DNA of 45,326 nucleotides, from assembly GCA_009885445.1 (NCBI GenBank), contig VFKQ01000148.1:1-45326 (forward strand), read 5' to 3'. Under the pieces are notes generated by a model. The model was not told where the DNA came from. It saw nothing but the letters and a program-made list of their open reading frames with translations, and did no database searches. The position numbers and the translations under genes were made by a program. Origin of the DNA: Anaerolineaceae bacterium. Lineage in GTDB: Bacteria > Chloroflexota > Anaerolineae > Anaerolineales > Villigracilaceae. Positions 1-8,122 of this stretch are shown here, piece by piece. Each line of letters opens with the position of its first letter. Within the stretch, counting starts at the first letter, position 1.

Positions 1-776
1 TCGTGATGGGCGATGACGTGCATCTCGTCGCGGGAGGAACTATGGACAGCGACTCGTCCGCTGGGAGGACTCTGCACGTGGACGGAGGAGAGCGAGAAAA
101 AATTTGTCGCCGCGTCCACGCGTGTCAGCGGCGGCAGTATCAGCGCCTCGGTGACGAAGGCACCGTCCTCGGTCTGGCCGCCGAGTTCGACGGTGAGCGG
201 CGCGTCCGCTTCGGATTTGAGCGAAACCCGCCCGAGCGGACTCCACGTCTGCGGGTTGGCCCAAGTCTTCGGCATGGCGTGAATCAAGTAGATGGGCTGA
301 CCGGCGGCGAGGGCTTTTTGCACGTCGCGCATCGCGGAGGCTGTTAGCGCGGTGAGAAATGCGAAGAGATAAATGTCGTCCTCGCGATGACCGTCTGCGG
401 CGTGTTGGTCGAGCGGGACGAGCGCGGGAGCGCCGAGAAGCCGCTCAGGGCGCGAATGGAGTTCGGCGATCTGGTCGCGATACGTAATGAGGAAGGACTT
501 CAGGTCACAGCGATGGCCGCCGAGGGCGATGTCGTAGCGGTCGGGGTCGGTGAAGGGCGTGGCGCCTTTCACGTCGAAGGGAATTTCAATTTGCGCGAGG
601 TGACGGCGCAGGGCCAGCTCCACGGCCACGCCCGCCACGATGCGCCGCAGACGATTCTCCGCCGAGCCGCCCATGCGGTCATAGGTGTGCGGAAGCGAGC
701 GCACCGCGTAAGCGATGCCGCCCTCAACGAGGTCGCGGTTGAATGGGAGGTGGAGGAGGTCGGTTACGGTTAACAA
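1..776 (-). CDS. Hypothetical protein, 3' end outside the window; possible PD-(D/E)xK nuclease-like motif
   Basis: Missing from the ORF track because it has no stop in the window. Open minus-strand frame from TTG 776: LTVTDLLHLPFNRDLVEGGIAYAVRSLPHTYDRMGG...GVAVELALRRHL...DPDRYDIALGGHRCDLKSFL. Start codon uncertain. Confidence 0.7.
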   Translation of the reverse strand, partial: MLTVTDLLHLPFNRDLVEGGIAYAVRSLPHTYDRMGGSAENRLRRIVAGVAVELALRRHLAQIEIPFDVKGATPFTDPDRYDIALGGHRCDLKSFLITYRDQIAELHSRPERLLGAPALVPLDQHAADGHREDDIYLFAFLTALTASAMRDVQKALAAGQPIYLIHAMPKTWANPQTWSPLGRVSLKSEADAPLTVELGGQTEDGAFVTEALILPPLTRVDAATNFFSLSSVHVQSPPSGRVAVHSSSRDEMHVIAHH

Positions 777-788
777 GGTAATTGAGGG

Positions 789-925
789 GAGAGAAGAGAG
801 AAGAGGATTAGAGAATTGGAAATTAGAGACTGCGGTGGTCGAGCGATGTCCTGAGCTTGTCGAAGGGTAGGCGTACTCGCCGTATCGAGACCAGAGAATT
901 AGAGACTAGAGAATTAGAGAATTGG
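789..925. repeat. Composite repeat: AGAGAATT-type short tandem array interrupted by a GGTCGAG...TATCGAGACC element that itself carries a 24-nt insert
   Basis: gagagaagagagaagaggattagagaattggaaattagagac and agagaattagagactagagaattagagaattgg flank ggtggtcgag[24 nt]taggcgtactcgccgtatcgagacc. Confidence 0.85.
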
Positions 926-932
926 CCGTAGA

Positions 933-1247
933 TTATTTTGGTTTGCTGGAAAAACAAAATAATATGAACGCCATAGATAGAAAAAGGGAGGCGGCAACTA
1001 TTCCTGTTCCAAGCGAACCGCCGGACATTGCGAAAAGTAATGTTCCAACTACTAACGCGCCGAAAGCGATTACAAAGATCCACATGATTATGGATGACTT
1101 GCTCTCTTTTGGATATATCTTTTTGTATTTCCAATCGGGTTGATACTTTGCGGATGGGCGTCCGCGTTCGTCAAGCGGATGGTCAGCCTCCCACTTTAAT
1201 TGCGCGAGATAGTCTTCGGCCATGGAATGCTTGTCTTTTTTGGGCAT
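933..1247 (-). CDS. Small hypothetical membrane protein (2 TM)
   Basis: 104 aa ORF, GAGGAGG RBS, two hydrophobic segments in the C-terminal half. Confidence 0.65.
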   Translation of the reverse strand: MPKKDKHSMAEDYLAQLKWEADHPLDERGRPSAKYQPDWKYKKIYPKESKSSIIMWIFVIAFGALVVGTLLFAMSGGSLGTGIVAASLFLSMAFILFCFSSKPK

Positions 1248-1297
1248 TATTCCTCCTCTTCTTTCTCTCGAATATAGCGCGGATCAAGATCGTTGAA

Positions 1298-1726
1298 CTA
1301 GGCCCGATTTACAGACTTGAATGGATTGACAATTTGCAGACTCTTGCGGATGCTTAACCCATCCTGCATATCTTCCGAGTAAATAATCTCCGCCCCCGCG
1401 AGCACGGCTGCGGAAACGATGAGGCTGTCCCAATACGAAAGTGAATATTCCCTGCGCAATTCAGATGCCTTAAGCAGGGCTTCCTGTTGCAAGTCCATAA
1501 CAACGTATTTTCTGTAGAAAGTCTCAATGAGCTCAGCGATCCGCGCCTCCGGAAAGCGCGCCTTCCGGATCAAGTTGACGCAGACTTCGTTGATGACCTG
1601 AACGCTGATCACAGGCTGGCACGCGGCGATGACTGCCCGAGCCAAGCCCGCCTTTCTTGAATCGTCTTCCGTGAAAGCATACAACCAGATATTCGAGTCA
1701 ATAAAGCGCGGCTCACTTTCTGGCAT
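1298..1726 (-). CDS. vapC: PIN-domain (VapC-like) toxin
   Basis: FIDSNIWLY...QVINE...SYWDSLIVSAA...YSEDMQDG...IVNPF; overlaps the upstream small gene. Confidence 0.9.
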   Translation of the reverse strand: MPESEPRFIDSNIWLYAFTEDDSRKAGLARAVIAACQPVISVQVINEVCVNLIRKARFPEARIAELIETFYRKYVVMDLQQEALLKASELRREYSLSYWDSLIVSAAVLAGAEIIYSEDMQDGLSIRKSLQIVNPFKSVNRA

Positions 1727-1928
1727 TCGCTTCTTCCCGCGTCAGGGGCTTGAATCCCTTGATATTCAGGGGGTGCGCCATCAATTCGTCAATGATGTCC
1801 AAACCCTCTTTCTTTTCCTCGTAAGGAATCAGTATCACCCGGACGTTTTCGTTGACTTTGTCTTTGTATTTTGCAGGAATCGCGATTACGCCGTTCTTGA
1901 TTTTGGTCTTGAATTGCACTGTTTCCAT
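1713..1928 (-). CDS. Putative antitoxin paired with the PIN toxin
   Basis: 71 aa from ATG 1928 (GAGGTG RBS, TATAAT upstream); KTKIKNGVIAIP...VRVILI beta-type N-terminus, PLTREEAN tail; 14-nt overlap with the PIN gene. Confidence 0.75.
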   Translation of the reverse strand: METVQFKTKIKNGVIAIPAKYKDKVNENVRVILIPYEEKKEGLDIIDELMAHPLNIKGFKPLTREEANARK

Positions 1929-1968
1929 ATTGCACCTCAACTTGAATTATACAACTTTACGAGAGCCA

Positions 1969-2169
1969 TCACTCATTCCTAAACTGCAAACAATAATGAT
2001 GAAAGGTATTACTCACCCACGCGGAGCCGAGTCCGTACGGCGCGAGGGGTTGGTTGTCTTGCATCCAGATTTTTTCGTCTTTCAGAGTGTATGTCTTGCC
2101 GAGTTCGCGGGCCAAGTCCCGGGCGAGGCGGTCACTGACAACTCTTCTTGAAATTTTTCCCGGGACCAT
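1969..2169 (-). pseudogene. Chimeric remnant: probable start of a HEPN/DUF86 toxin fused to the 3' end of an unrelated gene
   Basis: Starts 1 nt after the MNT stop, where a HEPN partner is expected. MVPGKISRRVVSDRLA resembles such N-termini from memory. Only 66 aa, no RxxxxH motif. Confidence 0.45.
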
Positions 2170-2170
2170 G

Positions 2171-2587
2171 CTATGCCTCCTGCAAGATCATTGTCATGCG
2201 CTGGCGTTCCAACTCCGCCAAATCCCCTGCACGGCGGAGAATAAACAAGTCGTATTCATCCATAAGGTAGGAATCCTGCGCGTACACACGCTCACCGCGA
2301 ATGATGTTTGCGGCAAGGAATGCGTCTACTTCCTGCAAGATGAACAAATCAATAGCGGGGATGCCAAAAAGATTTTCCAAATCAAGCGTCAGGCTAACTT
2401 TGTTTTCAATTGAAAATGGATGATTGGTTAAAACCCCGATATCCAAACCACTTTGAGACGGAGTAAGTTGATATTGGTCATCTTGTATTGCATGGAGCAT
2501 ATCCGCACTTCGACCGCCAAAGACATACAATGCTTTGACTTGGTATTTTTTGCAGAGCAGTACAAGCTTGTCTAATCCGGCGTTCAT
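2171..2587 (-). CDS. Minimal nucleotidyltransferase (MNT/MntA-like antitoxin), degenerate active site
   Basis: LYVFGGRS...SGLDIGV...IDLFIL; the canonical GS and DxD motifs read GG and GxD. Confidence 0.8.
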   Translation of the reverse strand: MNAGLDKLVLLCKKYQVKALYVFGGRSADMLHAIQDDQYQLTPSQSGLDIGVLTNHPFSIENKVSLTLDLENLFGIPAIDLFILQEVDAFLAANIIRGERVYAQDSYLMDEYDLFILRRAGDLAELERQRMTMILQEA

Positions 2588-2652
2588 ACAATTACTATAC
2601 CCTGCGAATTCTGCTGCATTGACTGCAGCGCCGCAAACGTGGACTGGGTGAC
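2584..2652 (-). pseudogene. Orphan second copy of the last 22 codons of the bi-domain oxidoreductase
   Basis: Translates VTQSTFAALQSMQQNSQGIVIV* versus VTKSTFAAVESVRKNGEAQSCI*; 17-nt identity between 2629-2645 and 3458-3474. Confidence 0.85.
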
Positions 2653-2656
2653 ACTT

Positions 2657-3109
2657 TCAGGGCAGATAATATTCATCTTTTATACTCTGAATCAAATCCC
2701 CGGGCGTGCCGATGGTGAATGAGAGATTGATTTGTTTCTTCGCTTTTAAGAAATGTTCCTTGTCGTGAGTAACAAACCAATCCGGTTCGGCGCGAATGGC
2801 TTCGGCCAATACGCGCGCGTCTGGCATATAAGCGACCATACTTTGCGCAAGTTCAAGATGTTTTGGTCTGGATGCGGCGCATGTTTCCACCTGTCCCATA
2901 TCCAGCAGTTGCGCAAGCAAGGGCAGAGAGGCGGGGACTTTGCGACGAACTACTTCGTCGGCTTCTTGTAAGACAGTTGGCCCGACAATTAATTCCAATA
3001 TCCCAGCCTCTGCTAAATTGAATAATCGGCGTGCCCCGCCGCTTTGAGAAAGCACAGCGACGAAAATCACGCTGGTATCCAAAAAGACCTTAATGTTTTT
3101 TCGTGGCAT
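2657..3109 (-). CDS. vapC: PIN-domain toxin (PIN_3-like)
   Basis: VFLDTSVIF...LQEA...PDARVLAEA...FVTHDKEHF; ATG 3109 overlaps the AbrB gene end. Confidence 0.88.
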   Translation of the reverse strand: MPRKNIKVFLDTSVIFVAVLSQSGGARRLFNLAEAGILELIVGPTVLQEADEVVRRKVPASLPLLAQLLDMGQVETCAASRPKHLELAQSMVAYMPDARVLAEAIRAEPDWFVTHDKEHFLKAKKQINLSFTIGTPGDLIQSIKDEYYLP

Positions 3110-3359
3110 ACTCGGCGCGCACTTCACGGAGTGTGGTCAACATCGATTCGAGAGTCTCACCCGAGTCCTTCCATCCTTTTGCCAATTTGTCGGCAACGCC
3201 GTCTACCCGCGAACGGCGCGGACTCATGACAACCACGCCGTCGCCCAAGTCAATCAGGGTCAGCATGTCGCCTTCATTGATTTGGCTTTGGTCGCGCAAT
3301 TCTTTGGGTAAGGTGATTAACCCGCGCCGCACAACCTGCACTTTGAAAGTGGTGTTCAT
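3090..3359 (-). CDS. AbrB/MazE/SpoVT-family antitoxin
   Basis: VQVVRRGLITLPKELRDQSQINEGDML swapped-hairpin signature; GGAG RBS. Confidence 0.9.
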   Translation of the reverse strand: MNTTFKVQVVRRGLITLPKELRDQSQINEGDMLTLIDLGDGVVVMSPRRSRVDGVADKLAKGWKDSGETLESMLTTLREVRAEYATKKH

Positions 3360-3377
3360 TTTTGCTCCTGTCTGTAC

Positions 3378-3406
3378 ATCTGATTTTCAGTATATCAGAT
3401 TTTCTG
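3378..3406. promoter_or_regulatory. Likely autoregulatory operator/promoter of the AbrB-PIN operon
   Basis: Two adjacent palindromes CTGA-TTT-TCAG and CAGA-TTT-TCTG around a minus-strand TATACT -10 box. Confidence 0.5.
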
Positions 3407-3412
3407 CCGGAT

Positions 3413-5584
3413 TCAGATGCAGGACTGCGCTTCCCCGTTTTTGCGGACCGACTCCACCGCCGCAAACGTGGACTTTGTCACGCCGATCAAATGCTCGTAC
3501 GCAATCGGCGCGGGTCCGCCCTCGCGGATGGATTTGGCGAAGGCGGCCATTTCGTTTTTCCAGCCTTTATCTTGCGCGCCGCCCTTCGAGAACCTCAAGA
3601 CACCGCTTTCCACTTTCTTCTTGCCATCTTTCACCGTCGTCAGCGAAACGTAATCATCCAGCACCGCCACCATGCCGCCGCAAAAAACTTCGACGCGCTC
3701 TTTGGGCAGCGACTTGTCGCCGTTGGCGAAATAGTCCACCACGCCGATGGAGCCGTCGGGGAAAGTGAAGGTCATGCTGACATTGTCCTCGCGATATTTT
3801 CCGCCATCGGGCAACGCGCGCGCCGACACGCTGATAGCGGGTTCGCCGACGAGGAAGGTAATCAAGTCTACGAAGTGACAGGCTTCGCCGATGATGCGTC
3901 CGCCGCCGAGGAGCGGGTCTTGAGTCCAATGGTTGAGGGGCAGATGGCCGGCGTTGATGCGGTAGTGGATATATTTTGGTTCATTGAGATTCGAGATTAG
4001 AGAATTAAGAGAATTGGCAAGCGGCGAGAAGCGGCGATTAAATCCAGTCATCAGTAAACAGCTTTCAGTTTTCAGTAACTGCTTACGGATGACTGATAAC
4101 TGATCACTGTTGATCGCCAGTGGTTTTTCGACAAACACATGCTTGCCCGCTTTGAGCGCTTTCACCACCAAGTCCGCATGTGAGTCGTGTCGGGTGAGGA
4201 TGGCGATGGCGTTGATGTTTTTATCATTGATGATTTCATCTTCGGAGGAAGTGGCATATTGAAAGCCGAATTTCTTGCCCGAGTGTTGCGCGTGTAAACC
4301 ACCCGATGAAGCAATTCCAACGAGTTCGAAATCTTTATTGCTCTTGATTATCGGAAGAAGCGTTGCGTTGGCGTAAAGCCCTGCGCCGAGAACGCCGAGT
4401 TTGATAGCGCCGTCGAAGGTCGAACGTCGAAGGTCAAACTCAATCCTTCTTTCTTCTTTCTTCTTTCCTTCGGGATAGGTCAACAACACGCCAAGAAAAA
4501 CTTCCTTCTTTTTTCCAGTGATAACTTCGTAAGCCTTCACGCCATGCTCAATCGAAAAACGATGCGTGACCAGACTTTCGACTTTCAACTTTCGACTCGC
4601 CAGCAAATCCACCACGGCTTGGAAGTTGCGCCCCTCCGTCCAGCGGATGTAGCCGAGGGGATAGTCCACGCCGTTTTCTTCGTAGGTCGAGTCGTAGCGG
4701 CCCGGGCCGTAGGAGCGCGAGTTGATGAAGGCAATTTCTTTTTCGTAATAAACTTTGCGCGGAATATTCAGTCCCACCGCGCCCGTGGCGACGACGCGCG
4801 CGCGGTCGCGGGCGATGACTCCGCCGAGTTCGACGGGGTCGTTGGACGGAGTGTCCGCGCAGATGAGGACGACGTCGAAGCCGAGGTGGTTTGTAAACGC
4901 CCCAGCGGTGGACTCGGCTTGGGAGCGCGTGACCGCTTCAAGCCCGAGCGAGGAGGCGAGGGCGACGCGGCGCGGGTCGAGGTCAATGCCGAGGACGTTG
5001 CATCCCGCCGCAGACGCAATTTGAATCGTCAATAATCCTAAAAGACCCAAACCGATGACGGCCACATTCTCGCCAAGTTGCGGCTCAGCCAAACGAAAAC
5101 CGTGCAGGGCAATCGCGCCGAGGGTGGTGAACGCGGCGGATTCAAAATCAACATTTTTTGGAAGCGGAGTTAATAAATTGCGCGGCACAATATTGTATTC
5201 AGCGTGAACCGCGTAACCGCCGCCCGCGCAGGCCACGCGTTGACCCACTTTAAATCCCGCCATATTTTTGCCGAGCGCCACGATGGTGCCCGCGGAGGAA
5301 TAGCCAAGCGCCATGGGCTGGTCGAGGCGATTGAAGGCGGCTTGCGCTGTGTTGAGCAGGCCCTCGCGTTTTGCTTTTTCAATGACCTGCTTCACCAGGT
5401 CGGGCCGCGAGCGCGCCTTGCCGACGAGACTCTTTTCGGCGAACTCCACGACCATGCGCTCCGTGCCAGCCGAAACGAGCGACGCAGAAATTTTGACGAG
5501 GGCCTGCCCCTCACGCGGAGTCGGCACGGGCACGTCTTCAATAATGGTCTTACCATCGCGAATATTTTGCAACAACTGCTTCAT
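3413..5584 (-). CDS. Bi-domain oxidoreductase (MDR/Zn-ADH-like + Gfo/Idh/MocA), polysaccharide-cluster type
   Basis: SLVSAGTE, LGYSSAG, GLGLLG, SRSYGPGRYD, GVLGAG, HVFVEKPLA, GFNRRF, GGGRIIGEACHFVD. Confidence 0.92.
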   Translation of the reverse strand: MKQLLQNIRDGKTIIEDVPVPTPREGQALVKISASLVSAGTERMVVEFAEKSLVGKARSRPDLVKQVIEKAKREGLLNTAQAAFNRLDQPMALGYSSAGTIVALGKNMAGFKVGQRVACAGGGYAVHAEYNIVPRNLLTPLPKNVDFESAAFTTLGAIALHGFRLAEPQLGENVAVIGLGLLGLLTIQIASAAGCNVLGIDLDPRRVALASSLGLEAVTRSQAESTAGAFTNHLGFDVVLICADTPSNDPVELGGVIARDRARVVATGAVGLNIPRKVYYEKEIAFINSRSYGPGRYDSTYEENGVDYPLGYIRWTEGRNFQAVVDLLASRKLKVESLVTHRFSIEHGVKAYEVITGKKKEVFLGVLLTYPEGKKKEERRIEFDLRRSTFDGAIKLGVLGAGLYANATLLPIIKSNKDFELVGIASSGGLHAQHSGKKFGFQYATSSEDEIINDKNINAIAILTRHDSHADLVVKALKAGKHVFVEKPLAINSDQLSVIRKQLLKTESCLLMTGFNRRFSPLANSLNSLISNLNEPKYIHYRINAGHLPLNHWTQDPLLGGGRIIGEACHFVDLITFLVGEPAISVSARALPDGGKYREDNVSMTFTFPDGSIGVVDYFANGDKSLPKERVEVFCGGMVAVLDDYVSLTTVKDGKKKVESGVLRFSKGGAQDKGWKNEMAAFAKSIREGGPAPIAYEHLIGVTKSTFAAVESVRKNGEAQSCI

Positions 5585-5592
5585 ACTATTCT

Positions 5593-6714
5593 CTACTCTC
5601 TACTCTCTTCTCTCTGTTCTCTATTCCCTTGACTCAAAAACTCATCCATCAGCCCATGAAAATGATGCACGCCGTTTTCGCGCTTCACGGAGTAACGGCC
5701 TTGTTTGTAAATGCCGGTCAATAAATTTCTGTGCACATCTTCGCAAAGTTGAATATCTTCTTTTTGCACGGTGTCGCTGAAGGCGATGCCGTCTTGCAAA
5801 TTATTCCACGCTTCGGGCGTGCCCGGGTCGGCGTAGTACCACTCGAAGATAGTCAGCGTTTTATCGTGGCTGAGCGGGACGATGATGTTGATCTGCACGT
5901 TGCCCGGATAAATATTGACCATGAAATTCGGGAAGAGCCAATAATAAAAAGCGCGCTCGTCACCTTTGAGTTCGCTGAACACGCGGCCCACCGCATCTTC
6001 TGTGCGCACGGGGCGGATGGGCGCGTGTTGCGAAGAATAATATCGAAACGTGTCTACGCGGTATTGGTCGTAGTCAATTTCTTTGAACAAGCCTGGGTGC
6101 GCAATGGGAATGTGATAGCCCTCCAAATAATTGTCGATATAAATTTTCCAATTTGCATTGACCACATAATCGCGCCGTTCCACTTTGCGCATTTCGCCAA
6201 AGTTGAAATCGGCTGTTTCTGCGGGAATTTTGCCGAGCACTTCATTAAGCGGCGGGGCGTTGCCATCAAAGTTGACGAAGACGAACATGCCCCACGTGTC
6301 CACGCGAATCGGAATCAGCCCGAAATCGTCCTTGCTGAAATTTTCAACGCCATCGAACTCGGGCGCGTTACGCAATTTTCCGTCCAAGCCATAAAGCCAG
6401 CCGTGATATTGACATTGAAGCGACTTGCGATTCCCACAGCCTCGCGCGACGACTCCGCCACGATGACGGCAGACGTTGTGAAAAGCGCGGATCGTCCCGC
6501 CCTGATCGCGGGTTAGCACGACCGGGACGCCGACCACGTCCACGGCGGCGAAATTGCCGGGCAGGCGCAGCAGGTCCAGCGAGGCGGCGTACTGCCACGT
6601 GGCTCGGAAGACGGCAACCCGCTCCAAGCGGAGCATGAGCGGGTCGGTGTACCAGCCTGCGGGGGGCGTGAGCGCCGTCGCCAGATTTGGGTCGAGTCGG
6701 AAGATGCTGTCCAT
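5593..6714 (-). CDS. Rieske non-heme iron oxygenase alpha subunit (choline/carnitine monooxygenase-like)
   Basis: Rieske motif CRHRG...CQYHGW; mononuclear Fe site NWK...NYLEGYHIPIAH...ED. Confidence 0.9.
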   Translation of the reverse strand: MDSIFRLDPNLATALTPPAGWYTDPLMLRLERVAVFRATWQYAASLDLLRLPGNFAAVDVVGVPVVLTRDQGGTIRAFHNVCRHRGGVVARGCGNRKSLQCQYHGWLYGLDGKLRNAPEFDGVENFSKDDFGLIPIRVDTWGMFVFVNFDGNAPPLNEVLGKIPAETADFNFGEMRKVERRDYVVNANWKIYIDNYLEGYHIPIAHPGLFKEIDYDQYRVDTFRYYSSQHAPIRPVRTEDAVGRVFSELKGDERAFYYWLFPNFMVNIYPGNVQINIIVPLSHDKTLTIFEWYYADPGTPEAWNNLQDGIAFSDTVQKEDIQLCEDVHRNLLTGIYKQGRYSVKRENGVHHFHGLMDEFLSQGNREQREESRE

Positions 6715-6821
6715 GTTTGTTATGCTTTTATCAGTTTTTCAAAAGAGTATACCTTAAGGTCACATGCTATAATTTCGCGGTAATCGTTGTGAGAATGTCG
6801 ATTGTGTGGGCTTCGTGTGAT

Positions 6822-6927
6822 TTTTACCACGGAGCGCACTGAGACCACAGAGATTTACTTCTTGTTTATTCTCCGTGAACTCTCCCGTAAGAGCATCGGG
6901 ACAATGTGTGATCTCAGTGGTAAAAAA
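6822..6927. repeat. Period-9 inverted array (ACCACGGAG/CTCCGTGAA type) with a nested 24-nt insert at 6883-6906
   Basis: accacggagcgcactgagaccacagag ... ctccgtgaactc[tcccgtaagagcatcgggacaatg]tgtgatctcagtggt. Confidence 0.8.
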
Positions 6928-6944
6928 AAATTAAGGAGTACCTC

Positions 6945-8066
6945 GTGGCCGACCCCCGTGTAGAAAAATTCGCAAAAGTGCTCGTTCAATATTGCACCCG
7001 CATTCAGGCGGGTGACCGTGTGCTCATCGAAGCCACCACAGCCGCCGAGCCGTTGGTGCGCGAGATTTATTTAAAAGTGTTGGAGGCGGGCGGGCATCCC
7101 GTGCCGCTCCTGCAACTGCCCGACATGTTCTACCCCCAGCACGAAGACCTGTTGACTCTGCGCGGTAATGATGCGCAACTCGATTTTGTGCCGCCTCTTC
7201 AAAAACTGGCTTACGACCAATTCGAGAGTCGCATCCGCATTCACTCCACGCTCAACACGCGCTCACAGACTTCGATTGATCCCTCGCGCGCACAACGTCG
7301 CGGACGCGCGACGGGCATCATCACCGAGACGCAAATGCGTCGCGGCGGCGAAGGCTCGCTCAAGTGGGTGACGACTTTGTATCCAACGACGGCTTATGCA
7401 CAAGACGCCGAAATGACTTTCGACCAATACGAAGATTTTGTCTTCAACGCCTGCCACGTCCACGAAGATGACCCGGTGGCATTTTGGAAAAGCGTTGAAA
7501 CCGAACAGGCCAAAGCCGTGAAGTGGATGGACGGCAAGAGTCAAGTGGTGTTGCGCGGCCCAAACGTGGACCTGTCGCTTTCCGTTAAAGGCCGCAAGTT
7601 CCTCAACTCGTGCGGCACACACAACATGCCCGACGGCGAAATTTACACCGGCCCAATCGAAGACTCGGTCAATGGATGGGTGCGCTTCACTTATCCAGCC
7701 ATCTACGGCGGCGTTGCAGTTGAGGGCGCAGAATTAACTTTCAGCAACGGCAAAGTCACACAAGCCTCGGCCACCAAGAATCAAGATTATCTTTTGAAGA
7801 TGCTCGAAACCGACGCGGGCGCGCGCTACCTCGGCGAGTTCGCCATCGGCACCAACTTCGACATCAACAAATTCACCGGCCAGATTCTCTTCGACGAAAA
7901 AATCGGCGGCTCCTTCCACATGGCCCTCGGCGCGGGCTACCCCGAAACGGGCGCCAAAAACAAAAGCGCCATCCACTGGGACTTCATCTGCGACATGCGC
8001 AAAGATTCCGAAATCCTGGTCGACGGGCAGACGTTTTACAAGAATGGGAAGTTTGTGTTCAAATAG
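6945..8066 (+). CDS. Aminopeptidase, peptidase M29 (AmpS/AmpT) family
   Basis: NMPDGEIYTGP, ARYLGEFAIG, LFDEKIGGSFHMALGAGY, NKSAIHWD; AAGGAG RBS. Confidence 0.93.
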   Translation: MADPRVEKFAKVLVQYCTRIQAGDRVLIEATTAAEPLVREIYLKVLEAGGHPVPLLQLPDMFYPQHEDLLTLRGNDAQLDFVPPLQKLAYDQFESRIRIHSTLNTRSQTSIDPSRAQRRGRATGIITETQMRRGGEGSLKWVTTLYPTTAYAQDAEMTFDQYEDFVFNACHVHEDDPVAFWKSVETEQAKAVKWMDGKSQVVLRGPNVDLSLSVKGRKFLNSCGTHNMPDGEIYTGPIEDSVNGWVRFTYPAIYGGVAVEGAELTFSNGKVTQASATKNQDYLLKMLETDAGARYLGEFAIGTNFDINKFTGQILFDEKIGGSFHMALGAGYPETGAKNKSAIHWDFICDMRKDSEILVDGQTFYKNGKFVFK

Positions 8067-8089
8067 GAAATGGTTTTCAATTAATAATC

Positions 8090-8118
8090 GTAGGGCCGCA
8101 GCATTGCTGCGGCCCTAC
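8090..8118. repeat. GTAG-type REP palindrome, 29 nt
   Basis: GTAGGGCCGCAGCA-T-TGCTGCGGCCCTAC between convergent genes. Confidence 0.9.
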
Positions 8119-8122
8119 GTAT

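Noticed and set aside
3-773. Plus-strand ORFs 3-347 and 387-773
   Set aside because: Shadows of the uninterrupted minus-strand gene 1-776.
1247-1300. Programmed TAG readthrough (pyrrolysine) extending the PIN toxin
   Set aside because: The PIN domain is complete at IVNPF; an in-frame tail has a one-in-three chance; no pyl genes here.
1298-3359. Integron cassette array
   Set aside because: No intI and no attC-like RYYYAAC...GTTRRRY sites recognised; the spacers are gene-end fragments.
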